Below are positions 12,091 through 24,030 of a stretch of DNA of 64,000 nucleotides, one piece after another. The position numbers and the translations under genes are program-made. Each line of letters begins with the position of its first letter. Position 1 is the first letter of the stretch. The notes below the pieces were generated by a model. It made no database searches, was not told the DNA's origin, and saw only the letters and a program-made list of their open reading frames with translations. Source of the DNA: Paraspadella gotoi (taxonomy: Eukaryota; Animalia; Chaetognatha); assembly GCA_051294375.1 (NCBI GenBank), contig JBJCIZ010000263.1, forward strand, positions 1 to 64,000. The letters are read 5' to 3'.

Positions 12091-12411
12091 GAAAGTATAT
12101 TGACTGATCTCACCAGCAAAACTACTATTAAACTGACTCAATTTAATATCGTTAATTAAAGATTTAGAATTCACTATCGTCACTTCACGATTAATTTTTC
12201 ATTTTTGAATCATTTTAATTTTATGATAACTGATTTTAATATGATAGCAATAAAACTATAATTAAAAGATAATGATTGATAATGGTAAGTAAATTGATGC
12301 AATGAATAAAATTAATTAAACTAATGATGATGACGATAGTTTAATATCTAAAATTTGTCATATCTGAATCCGGATTTGACTACGATAATTTAGCCGTAAT
12401 CAGCTAAAAAT

Positions 12412-13370
12412 TATGTAAGTTGAAAAAGGTATGCAAGTTGAAAAAGATATGCAAGTTTAAAAAGGTATAAAAGTTTAAAAAAGTATGCAAGTTGAAAAAA
12501 GTATGCAAGTTGAAAAAAAGTATGCATACTTTGAAAAAAAAGTATGCATACTTTGAAAAAAAGTATGCATAATTGGAAAAAAGTATGCATATTGGAAAAA
12601 AGTATGCATACTTTGGAAAAAAAAGTATGCAATTGAAAAAGTATGCATATTTGGAAAAAAAGTATGCATACTTTAAAAAAGTATCTTGAGAGAAGACAAT
12701 AAGCTATCCGAATCCGTACTGATATGTATGATTTGTCAATTTTTTTTTTCTTTCTCTCTCTCTCTTTCTTCTTGTTAAACTTTCTTCTCTTTATTAATCA
12801 ATTTCCTGTCATTCAGCGTATTTTCATAAAGAGATAAATAAAGAGACTACAAGGGACAAACACGCCTCGAACGCCAATATCACGGGCGTGAATTCAAAAC
12901 ATTTCACACAGACCGCGTTCTAAAACGTAAAAATAAATTGGAAAAAAAGTATGCATACTTTGAAAAAAGTATAAAGCATACTTCAAAAAAGAGGCATACT
13001 TCAAAAAGTAGGCATACTTTGAAAAAAAAGTAGCATACTTGAAAAAAAATAGTATGCAAGTTGGAAAAAGTATGCAATTTGAAAAAAGTATGCATACTTT
13101 AAAAAAAGTATCTTGAGAGAAAGACAATAAGCTATCCGAATCCGTACTGATATGTATGATTTTGTCAATTTTTTTTTTTCTTTCTCTCTCTCTCCTTTCT
13201 CTTGTTAAACTTTCTTCTCTTATTAATCAATTTCCTATCATTCAGCGTATTTTCATAAAGAGATAAGATAAAGAGACTAACAAGGGACAAACGACGCCTA
13301 GAACGCCAATATCACACGGTAGTGAAATTCAAAAACATTTCAACAGACGCGTTCTAAAACGTAAAAATAC
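12412..13370. repeat. ~20-bp minisatellite (aaaaaagtatgcatactttg) within a tandemly duplicated ~430-bp segment
   Basis: Arrays at 12412-12685 and 12940-13110, each followed by the same gtatcttgagagaagacaataagctatccg...cgcgttctaaaacgtaaaaa block. Confidence 0.85.
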
Positions 13371-13534
13371 GGTTAAAGCCATGTTGAAATATGGTTTTTA
13401 TCTGGCCCGGATCGCGCATGATCAATGCTTATTTTTAATTGATGTCCTCATTGGATAACCTACGTCAACCATTTTCAATACAACCGGAACGCGCTTAAAA
13501 AAGCTTTTAGCGTGCAAAAACTTGATATCCTTTT

Positions 13535-14136
13535 TGTCGAGAAACCAGAAAACCTGGCTCGGTGACGCCTCCTCGCGTGTCGACCCGTCAGGCTACTACT
13601 GAGTGAAACCTTGGTCTTCACCTCGCGTCTCAACCGAAGTGGGCGCGGTCTTGTCCGACGCCCCTTGAGCCGTCGCAGCCTCTGCGACCCGTTGTGAGCG
13701 TGTGGAAGTCGAAGGAGCTTGCGAAGGAACCCAAGTCCGTTGAAGGCGAGGGTGTCGAGCTTGCACGCCGTCTCTGCTAAGAGTCACGAGTCCATAGTAG
13801 AGTCTGAGGCTAGTGACATGTGGCCTCTCCGTGCCTCCTTTGCCCGCGAGTCTCTGGGCTGGCAGTGTCTCAGTGGGGCTGTCTCGTGGCCCTTGATCTA
13901 GGAAAGTTGGTGACGTAAGGATTGACATGAATGACGGAAGGACTTCATAGCCCGTAAAGAGCCGTTTGGAGACGGGTCTAGGTAACTCTCTAACTGACTG
14001 AAAAAAAGGAGAGAAATGCATACAAAAAGAGTATAGAAAAAGCAGACGAAATGTATAGAAAAGTTACGTGACAATGAAATGGAATAATTGAGCAAAATAA
14101 TGAGAAAAATGAATAAAACAGCGCCATCTCTCATCA
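13535..14136 (-). repeat. BEL/Pao 3' LTR (copy A1)
   Basis: Reverse complement of the LTR at 56718-57324, TGATGAGAG...CTCGACA; preceded on the minus strand by the purine tract ggaagccggaggtgggg (14137-14153). Confidence 0.92.
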
Positions 14137-15035
14137 CCCCCACCTCCGGCTTCCCTAAGGGAACCGAAAAATCGCCCTTATGCCGGGGGAAGGTGAATCG
14201 AGAGAAGATGAAAGGGAGAAGTAGAAAAAAAGGGGAAAAAATGAAATGAGGAAATAAGAAAAAGGGAATAGAAAGGAAGTAGAATGAATAAAATAAGGAG
14301 AAAAGAGAGGGGATGGGGAAAGATTTGAAACGGAAAATGAAATGGAAAGGTGAAATGGAAAAATGTCTATTTAATTTTAAATTCATTTTTAAATGGCCCG
14401 TCTGCAAACGTAATGATAAGATATAAAATGAAACTATAATCATTGTTATTCTTTTTACTGTAATCATTTGTACATTTTACACTGTTCACTTGAAACTATT
14501 TCTTGATCATGATTGTAAATAAAACAAACGAAATGAACTATGAATTATATGAATAGAAACCTACAAAATTCTGTGCATCGGTTTTTAAACGTTACTGAAA
14601 GGACAGTGATACAAATTTGAGAAACTAAATTTCGTGAGATCATGAATCGAATTAAAAAACTAAAATAGACTGAAGTAAATCTAACAAAATAAACGGACGT
14701 ATCCACTAAAAAAAAATTACGACGCAAAGGTTTAACACGTTTGAATAAAAAGTCACCGAAATTTTAACTTTACTTAAAATAAAAAACGTTTGTACCTGTT
14801 TTATGTGTGAGGCTGAACTCTCTAGAAAATTGAACCGTTTGTCTTTTCAAACAGGTCAACCTCGCGATTGTCTTGTCAAACTAACGAGTTACGTTGAGGC
14901 AAACAGTCATAGCACGTAAAGCAGACTTTATTCCGTTCTGTAATTCGGTTCCGTAAACAGTTCTGGTTTTGGTCTGACATCACGTTGTGCCCGCCAACTG
15001 TCTTATCAGCGTGTCCGGGCAACAATGCGAGCTGT

Positions 15036-15845
15036 CTAAAGATCGTCGTCATCTTCCTCCATCTCCTCGCCGTCATCTTTGCCTAAAAGGGCCCGTTCTC
15101 GCTCGGGGGTAATATGGATAAGGGGGAGCGAGGAAATCCTTTCGAGCGGCGGGAGTTGCGGACAAGTCTCGCCTACGGAGACGAAGGAATCGTCTGCGGA
15201 AGATGGAGGGGTCGTCAGCGTTGTCTCTGTCAAGTTCGTTGTAGAAGCAGAAGTCGTAAATGACGTGTCAAGTGGGGTCACGGAAGAGGGGAACAACACG
15301 TCGGGGGTTTCCGTAGCATCAAGCGTGTTGTCTCTGGCGGAGGGTGTAGGGGTTACGGTTTCTTCTTCTGGGGTGGAAGCCGCGGTCTTTTCCTTGTCGG
15401 CTTTAGGAGTGGAATGTTCGTGGAAAACGATTGCAGTATTGCGGAACTCTTCCCGCACGTCTCTACAGCGAAATCCGTCCGAATCTATTGTTGGGTAGTT
15501 CTTCTCGGAGCGGGGTACAGTTGGCATTTTCTTCTTAGGAGTTGCTGGGTATTTAAATTGTTTATCCCATTTCTTGTACTCGATGAATCGTTCTTTCTCA
15601 TTCCTTGTCATTTGCCCGGATTTCTTACGGGCCTCTTGTTCGTCGAGGTGGCGTTGGTGAGCTTTTTTCAGCCTCTGCTGGTGAGAGTCCCCATTGAATC
15701 GGCTTGTCGACGTTGGCTGGGAGAGATGGTTGCTGGGGTGCAGAAGGCGCGGCCTTGCTCCTCGCTCCCTTTCCGCTCTCGGCTCCCAAATCTGATTCCG
15801 AGATGAAATCTCTTTTCCTCTTGTCGTTGACGGTCTTCTCCAGCG
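15036..15845 (-). CDS. Accessory ORF3, second segment (Ser/Thr/Pro-rich, basic clusters, acidic C-terminus ...EEMEEDDDDL)
   Basis: C-terminal part of track ORF 15036..16235; homologous to 55010-55820 with the stop position conserved (TAG vs TAA). Confidence 0.7.
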   Translation of the reverse strand, partial: RWRRPSTTRGKEISSRNQIWEPRAERERGARPRLLHPSNHLSQPTSTSRFNGDSHQQRLKKAHQRHLDEQEARKKSGQMTRNEKERFIEYKKWDKQFKYPATPKKKMPTVPRSEKNYPTIDSDGFRCRDVREEFRNTAIVFHEHSTPKADKEKTAASTPEEETVTPTPSARDNTLDATETPDVLFPSSVTPLDTSFTTSASTTNLTETTLTTPPSSADDSFVSVGETCPQLPPLERISSLPLIHITPERERALLGKDDGEEMEEDDDDL

Positions 15846-15849
15846 CCTC

Positions 15850-18800
15850 GAAGGAAAGAACGATTTACGAATTAATTGAATTCCTAAAAATGCACCTTTT
15901 AGCAGTAAAATCCGTCTACTACAGGAAAAAGAAGTCGTCGACGGCCTCGTAGCAGCGGTTGTGGCATCCAGTAAAGCTTCCACCCGCGATTCAAAACGGT
16001 GGGGGCGCGCCCGGCCTTCCAGAGATGAACAATCGAATGAATTTTCGATTCCCTGGATGACTCCGATCCCACCCAACCACCTCCAAGCCGAGAAGACGAA
16101 GACGACGCAGAAGTAAAGAGCAACCACCAAGGTTGGCTCCCACAACGCAGACGATAGATACCGGATGTGGTTATGTTGTCGCTCAACAGGCAGTACCACA
16201 GGCAAACCCTGTGGCGCCTCAACCCATCCCGCCAACCTCTATCACCCAGTCACAGGCGCAACCACCTATGACATCAACGCTAAACCCGGGAGCGCCAATG
16301 TTTACATCGACCCCTGCTCGACCAACCACACCGCATTGTCTTTCTGTGGTCAAAACCATATGGTATGGGATTGTGCAGGGTATCAGGCTCTTGGAGTTCA
16401 GGCAAGAGCTGATATGATTTTGGGTAGAAGAATTTGTTTCAAATGCCTGAACGGGAACCACCTAGCTAGCAAATGCAGGTTTGGAGTTCCATGCTCTTTA
16501 TGTAGAGGCAATCATCATCAAACGTTACATGGGATGGCTCCGGTACGCCGATTTAATTCCTAACGAAAAATACGCAATATCAGCCGACGACGTTTGCACA
16601 GCCACCTACTTACGCAACCCCCGCCTTCACCCCTCCTCTGCCCCCTCTTATACCCCTTCGCCCATGCCCCAGCCCCTCTACCAGGTGCCGGTGGCGGCGA
16701 ACACTACAGCAACGACGGTGAACGGTGGTACCTTTGATCCAAATCAAACGATCCCCATGAAACGCGACAACCAGCCACCCCCTGCAGTGGCTGCAGGTAC
16801 GCGTCAAGTTGACTGGCGGTTGCGTCCGCCCCAGGTGAATCGACCTTTCGTCCAGTTGTACGGTCGTTGTAGAAACCGGCGGACGCAAGTGTACAACTTA
16901 CGCCATGATTGATAGTGGCTGTAATCGATGTGTCTTAAAACAAAAACATTGCTGATGAATTAAAACTAGATGTAACCCATATTCCCATGAGAATCAGGAC
17001 CCTCGATAGCGATCAAACAATGCATCGGGAATGTGGCCGATTCAATGTGGAACCGCTTGATGGAACTTTTTCCATTTCCGTCCACCGCGCGATTGTGGGA
17101 AAACTGCTGACATCGGAGGACGACCGCCCCCTTGTAATGAAGATGTGGCCGGAAAACCACATCTGGAAGGGGTTTCATTCCCCAATCTCCCTGACAAGGA
17201 GGTTGGAATGCTCCTCCAGCGGGATTTGCCTATACTTGGATCGGCGGTGAAGTACGACGTGGCGCTGCAGATCAGCCAATCGCACTCATGACCGACTTTT
17301 GTTGGACCCTCGTTGGTCCGCGGCCTGGTACGGACGGGAGTGATGTCCACTGTGCCCGTATCACTGCGGAGTACATAGAGGAAGATGAGAGAAAAATCCA
17401 AGAAGATATTCGACGCTTATTTCATCGTGACTTTGTTCCGGCGCCAAGTGCAACAAAGCTTCCATCTGTTGAAGATGAGTACGCCGTGAAACAATTGGAA
17501 TCAACCATTCGGTATGATGAGAAAGAAGGGCATTATTTTGTTGGTTTTACCATGGATGAGAGGTAGAGAAAAAGCGGCTGAAGTTTTGAACAGTAGAGAT
17601 TCGGCAACGATGGCCCTCAATCGTTTGCAGTCTCTTATGCGCAAACTCAACCGAAATCCTGCTGACAAAAAACGAGTCAATGATGAGATGAAAAAAGTTT
17701 GTGGAGGAAGGGCACGCGCGAAAAGTCGACGTCAACAAGATCTCAAAGAAGAAACCGATTTGGACCCTTCCACTTCACGTAGTAGTACGACATGATAAAA
17801 ACAAAGTACGTATTTGTCATGATGCACGCGCAAGCGTGAAAGGTAAATCTCTCAATGACGAGTTGTTGACTGGCCCAGACTACATGACAAATCTATTGGG
17901 CGTCATGTTACGTTTTCGACGCCACAGAGTGGCATTAGCCGCGGATATTCGCGGATTTTTCCACCAGGTATTTGTTGATGAAAACGATGTACATTGCTTC
18001 CAATATTGGTGGTTTGAGGATGATGCATGTACACAATTAGCCCTCTTTGAACTTAGGGTCCATATTTTTGGTGCAAAAAGTTCACCGCTTGTGGCTAATT
18101 ATACCCTCAAAACCCACGCGAAAACGTTGGAAGGAAAATTGCCAATGAGGTTGTCGAGGCGATTATTCGCCAATTCTATGTCGACGATTTTCTCGGATCA
18201 ATGCCCGACGAAGAAACCGCTCGCGAGATTAAGAAGGGCCTGACTGAAGCTCTTCGCCGCGGCGGGTTCGAGTTGACGAAATGGAAATGCTCTGTGCCAA
18301 GTGTTCTGGAAGACGAACCTGATCAAGCGACGGACACAACGAAAACGTTTACTGATGGAAACGATAATGACGTGAAAGACGAACGACCCCGAGATAAAGT
18401 ATTGGGTGTTGCATTTTCATTTTTTGATGATTATTTTTCCCCATGCATTAATCAGGAAAAGTGTTAAAACGTTGTATTACAAAAAGACAAATTTTGTCTC
18501 TTACCGCCAGCCTGTACGATCCACTGGGCATCGTTCCCGTTTACGCTGAAAGGACGCAATTACTTCCAGCGCGCGAAGAAGCAACAGCGGACTGGGATTC
18601 CCCTCTGCCAGATGATCTCATCAAGGACTTTGATACCTGGCGTCAACAAATGCACAGAATTGGAGTCCATCAAACTCCCGCGATGGATTGCAACAAGAGA
18701 GACGACGAACGATCCCGCGGAGCTTCACGTATTTTCGGACGCCAGCCATGATGGCTACGGCGTCACTATTTATCGTAGAACTGTCCCACCTACTGACGGA

Positions 18801-20856
18801 AAATCTCATGTTGCCTTTATTATGTCCAGGTCCCGAGTGACGCCGGCCGATTCCTCCAAAGCGTCTCACCACAACTCGATCCGAGATTGGATTTGACGGC
18901 GGCATGCCTCGGCGCAGAGATTCGACACACCGTGGTAGAAGAGATGACAAATGACCGGTTTGAAAAAGTAGTAATGTGGACTGATTCTGAAACGGTTTTG
19001 AAACAAATTTTTGATTGTAGTCTAAATTTGCAGCTTTCTTTAAAAAACCGTTTATCTCGAATTAGGGAATTAACCGATGTCACGGAATGGCGCTACGTCG
19101 CGACGGATGAAAATCCCGCTGACGATTGCAGCCGAGGTCTTCCTGCTGGTGACCCAAATGGCAACGTTTTCACAATGGCCCCGACTTCTTGTGGCGCCCA
19201 GAAGCGGAGTGGCCGGAACAGAAGCTGTCCGCGAAACCACTCCCAGCAGACATCCTTACGACTGAGGCCGACGAAGATGTCGAGACGGCCACGGATAAAC
19301 GCTCAAACAAAAAATCCAATGTAGAACATTGGGCCCTTCGAGTCGCACGCCAAGTTCTGACTCCCATAAAAAACTTCGTTTGATTGCGACGATGAAACAC
19401 GCGATCACGAGATGGATTGAATGGAGAAAAGCATTGCGCCAAGACGCAGATGCTAGACCAAAAAAGATAAAATGGCTGACTTTAAAAGATTTAAAAGATG
19501 CAGAAATTATCCAATGCCGACGCTGCAGCTTCGCTATTTTCCAGACGAGTACCGCCAACTTCGAGAGAAAAATGTTCGCTCTCCGGATGCTAGAGCTGAG
19601 TTAACGCAGACACGTTCCCCACTGCGCCAGCTCAACCCATTCCTAGACCCTGCGGACGTTATACGAATTGGCGGCCGAATTGGGAAAGCGATTTTAGCCT
19701 ATGAAACGCGACATCCAATTGTGTTACCAAAAAATGATCAAATTGTACGAGATTACATCCGCCATGTTCACGAGCAAGAAGCGCACGCTGGCGTTGAACA
19801 CGTACTCGCAAACACCGCCGCCGATTTCACATTCCTTCAATGCGCCAGGTTGCGAGGTCCGTCATTAAACGTTGCGTCAGTTGTCAAAAGAATTTCCGAC
19901 CCCCGGCGACGCAAAAGATGGGCGACATACCCGAGGACCGTCTGACGATTGGAGAACCATTCTCGGCAGTGGGCGTCGACATCTTTGGCCCATTTCACGT
20001 CGTGCATGGTGGCCGGGGCAGTGCCAAACGTTGGGTAGCTTTGTATACGTGTTTAAAATCAAGGGCTATCCATCTAGAAGTTCTACACGACTTATCATCT
20101 TCATCCTTTATAAACTCTATAATCCGCTTTAACTCCCGTCGCCCTGGGACGAAAAAATTTTTCAGTGATAACGGAACCAACTTACGCGGGGCGGATTCAG
20201 AGTTGAAAGCGGCAGTGGAAAAATGGAGAGAGGAGCAGGTGCATAAAAAAATGATAGAGTACGGAGTCGAATGGGTTTTTGGCCCTCCCCATGCCCCCCA
20301 ATGGGGAGGAGTGTGGGAGAGATTGGTTCAATCTACCAAAAAACATTTGACTGCTATTTTGAAAAAAGATAAACTTCAACTTGAAGTTCTGACGACGGCG
20401 TTGGCAGCGGTAGAAAGCATCCTAAATCGTCGCCCGCTGACAAGACTCAGCGAAGACCCGCGCGATTTGGAAGCCCTGACGCCAGCCCAAATTCTATACC
20501 CAAGTGTCTACCGCACATCCAGAGCGATAATGTGCCGCCGGAGTCTGTTAACGGCGACGCTCTGAGAAGTACATGGAGATTAGCGAGACGTTTAAGCGAG
20601 AATTTGGGAACGCTGGAAGCACGAGTATGTAGTAACGCTTCAACAGCGCCAAAAGTGGCAAAAAACGCAGGAAAATCTGAAAGAGGATCAATTAGTCCTA
20701 ATGGTTGACGAGCTAAAATCACGAGATCAATGGCGGTTAGCGCAAGTCATTGACGCAGGTGAAGGCACGCACGTGCGACGCGTGCAAGTACGCACTGCGG
20801 ACGATAAGATCTTTGAACGCGACCGAAACAAACTCGTCCCATTGGAATGTGATTGA
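15850..20856 (+). CDS. pol: BEL/Pao gag C-terminus + pol (PR, RT, RNase H, IN), frameshifted (copy A2)
   Basis: Three Zn knuckles (C.FCGQNH....C; CFKCLNGNHLASKC; CSLCRGNHHQTLH) at ~16336-16530; YAMIDSG at 16911; LNDELLTGP, ADIRGFFHQ, FGAKSSP, YVDD at 18177; HVFSDAS, WTDS, NPADDCSRG; H-H-C-C zinc domain, GVDIFGP, SDNGTNL, GGVWERLV; stop TGA 20854-20856. The PR-RT-RH-IN order with these motifs is diagnostic of Belpaoviridae. Confidence 0.93.
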
Positions 20857-21127
20857 TCTAACTCATAAAAATTGTTTTCTTTTGCTGATTATTTCTGACT
20901 ATGACTTGCTTCATTTGTATATATTGTAAATATATCTTGTTAAAACTCATAGTAAACGCCACTATTCTCGTCTCTTATTGCTTTGGTTTCACAATGTGAT
21001 TTTGTAAAACTCTGTTTGAACAAATAAAGTGAAGATTACGTTTCTTATTATTTCTGTTTTAAATGCACGTAACTAATTTTTTTTTTTACTTTCTACCATA
21101 CCCAGAGATTCTTTCTATAACATTAAA

Positions 21128-22450
21128 ATGGCGAACAAACAACATCGCAAACGAAGTTCCTCCAGCTGAACTCTCCCGGAAGCGGCACCACCGTTGTGAC
21201 GTTTCATCCAATGGCCATTGGGAGAGCCTCTGCCTGGATTGCCTTTGGACGTCGACGATTCCTACCGTCAGTATACGCCATCCTGGAGGAACTCAATTCA
21301 GAGACCATTATCAGAGAACTCCGAGCATGGGCCGAGGCTGGTGATATCACCGCCCTGAATCCCCCGCCCAGGAGCCTGAACATGATTTGGGAGTTGAGAA
21401 CGGCGACGGGCCATTCCGTCAACATTTCCGACCGTGTAGATTGGGCACCCAGAAGCCCGTTAATTCAGGTCCAGATTCGATTGTTAGGGACCTACAAGGC
21501 GGGATGTATACCAACATGGATGAAGCCCGCCATGCGCTCTTCGCCGCCCTAGCTCGGCGCGATGCAACGACAAGACGTTCTCGCAGTGTCGGACGCCCAG
21601 CCCCGTCCTCTTCTCCCGTAGCCCCTGCTGCCCCGCGCGTGCCTACGCCTTCCCCTCCTCCGCGTCCGTCGGCCCAGCCGGCGAGAAACGTGTGTAGTGA
21701 GGAAGGAGACGGAAGTGCAGAACGTGGTAAGTGGCCAGGTGGCTCCAGAGCAAACCCTGGACAACACCTTAGCCGCAAGAAAAAAGCATGATGCGCATGA
21801 AGATGCACATCGAAAAGAGACTGGCGAAACGCGCGGAATCGAATGTCAACAAGCCATCCGTAGTCTTCGTTCCATCTACAACCGTAGCTGATCAACCAGG
21901 ACCGTTCCTAAAGCGCTGATCACCCCTGATCCATCACCCGCTCAACCAACGCCGATGGAACAGGACAATCCCTTCGAGTTGCGAAACCTCCATACTTCTC
22001 CGTCCCATGTCCAGATTTCCAACGCGATCAGACGTCCTAGTGTACCAGCCGATCTCCACCAAGAGCGGGTCAGATCAAGTAGAGGAAGCAATGAAAACGA
22101 CGGAACAACAAACACGAGAAATAGAAAGAGAAAGACGCAGGTCCCGTCGTGCGGCCAAGATTAACGCGACCTATCCGCCGGCGTGCTGGGCCGCGTGCCC
22201 ATGCACACGCCGAATGCAACCTCAACGCCAGTACACGACGTGACCACACCACAGAGCCAGGAGAACGGAGGTTCCTTGAAGAAATGATAAAAATATAATT
22301 CCACTTTAATAAATCAGACTAGATTAATTAACACGTTATCCCCTTCCCTTCCCTTTTCCCATTCGTATCTATTTTAGGAGAAACGATTTCAACCTGACAA
22401 TTGATGAACAGGACATCAACGCTACGTTTCGCGAGGCCCCGCCCGGTTGC
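21128..22450 (+). CDS. Accessory ORF3, exon 1 (21128-22270) and start of exon 2 (22378-22450), copy A2
   Basis: ATG at 21128 in aaaATGg context after a branch/polypyrimidine/CAG acceptor; near-identical to 53743-55010; ends at a 100-N gap. Confidence 0.7.
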
Positions 22451-23246
22451 NNNNNNNNNNNNNNNNNNNNNNNNNNNNNNNNNNNNNNNNNNNNNNNNNN
22501 NNNNNNNNNNNNNNNNNNNNNNNNNNNNNNNNNNNNNNNNNNNNNNNNNNAGTGTTTGTCGGAAAAAAAATTTAATTTCCCCACGATGTGGAACTCATTT
22601 AAGTTGATCCATGAATTAAAAATCTTGATTGATATTTTTTTTTGGGGGGGGACTCCATAATTCATAAGTTAGATCTGTCGATTACTGCCTATTATTTGTT
22701 TATTTATGATTTATTTAATTCTTTTTTGAACATCAATTATGAATATTTTTTTTTAAAAAATTTGTTTCTTCTCTATTAGTTCCATCAGTATGTCCATCCA
22801 AAAAAAAAAGAAAAAAAAGGAAAAAAAAAAAAGGAAAAAGAAAAAAAGAAAGATGACTGATGAGCTTCTTACCACTAATATTGTGCCACGTCATACATTG
22901 TTTTTACTCAAACTTGTTTCTTATATCTTTTTAATTGAATAAAATAATTAAGTTCAAAAAATACAAATATTATAATTTTTAGATAAAATATGTAATAAAC
23001 GAGGTTAACAATAATTTAAAAAAATGTATATTTTTTTTTAGTTACATAAAAACAAAGTCTTGAATGATAGAGAGAGAGAAAAGATAGAGAGAGAAAGAAA
23101 GAGAGAAAGGAAAAAGAAAGAAAAAAAAGAAAAAAAAGAAAAAAAAAGAGAGAGAGACGGAGAAAGAAGAGAAAGAGAGAGAGAGAGCAGAAGAAAGTGA
23201 GAGAAAAGAGAAAAGAAGAGAAAGAGAGAGTAACAGACAGGGAGAG

Positions 23247-23871
23247 TGAATGAGAGATGGCGACTGTTTTATTCATTTTTCTCATTATTTTGCTATTTAT
23301 TCCATTTCATTCGTTCACGTGACTTTTCTATTACATTCGTCTGCTTTTCTATTACTCTTTTTGTTATGCATTTCTTTCCCTTTTTCGTCAGTTTAGTTAG
23401 AGGAGTTACCTTGTGACCTCTCCAAACGCTCTTTACGGTCTATGAAGTCCTTCCGTCATTCATGTCAGCCTTACGTCACCCAACTTGTCCTAGATCAAGG
23501 GCCACGAGACAGCCCACTTGAGCACTGCCAGCCAGAGACTCGCGGGGCAAAGGAGGGCACGGACGAGGCCAACATGTCACTAGCCTCAGACTCACTATGG
23601 AGCTTCGTGACTCTTAGCAGAGGACGTCGTCGCAAGGCTCGACACCCTCGCCTTCAACGAACTTGGTTCCTCGCAAGGCTTCCTTCGACTTTCCACACCG
23701 CTTACAACGGGGTCGCAGAGGCTGCGACGGCTCGAAGGGCGTCGGACAGACCGGCCCACTTTCTGTTGGAAGAGCGAAGGTGAAGGACCAAGGTTTTCAC
23801 TCGTTAGTAGCCTGACGCGGTCGACACCGAGGAGGCGTCACCGAGACCCAGTTTGGTTCTGTTTCTCGACA
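23247..23871 (+). repeat. BEL/Pao 5' LTR (copy B, noisy)
   Basis: Indel-rich match to the family LTR, ending gtttctcgaca. Confidence 0.88.
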
Positions 23872-24030
23872 GTAAAAGAGCCGAGAGCCTTTCTTATTTT
23901 GATTGCACATACCGACGTGCGTATAGGAAATACGTACATGGCGGATATGTAGATTTGATTATGTAAGATTCCATTATTTTTTTTCTTTTTAATCGAATTA
24001 CTATTATTTTACCCTCAAACCCCCCTCGTG

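Larger units (their letters stand above)
13535..15845 (-). mobile_element. BEL/Pao 3' portion (ORF3 exon 2, 3' UTR, PPT, 3' LTR), copy A1
   Basis: Colinear with 55010-57324 in reverse orientation, with a few percent substitutions. Confidence 0.9.

Noticed and set aside
12412-13110. CRISPR-like array or repeat-protein ORFs (MHTFF repeats)
   Set aside because: Contiguous degenerate minisatellite with no unique spacers, in a eukaryotic context.
15036-16235. 399-aa minus-strand ORF as a single gene
   Set aside because: Chimeric across the 15845 junction: the N-terminal part is antisense gag, and only the C-terminal part is ORF3.
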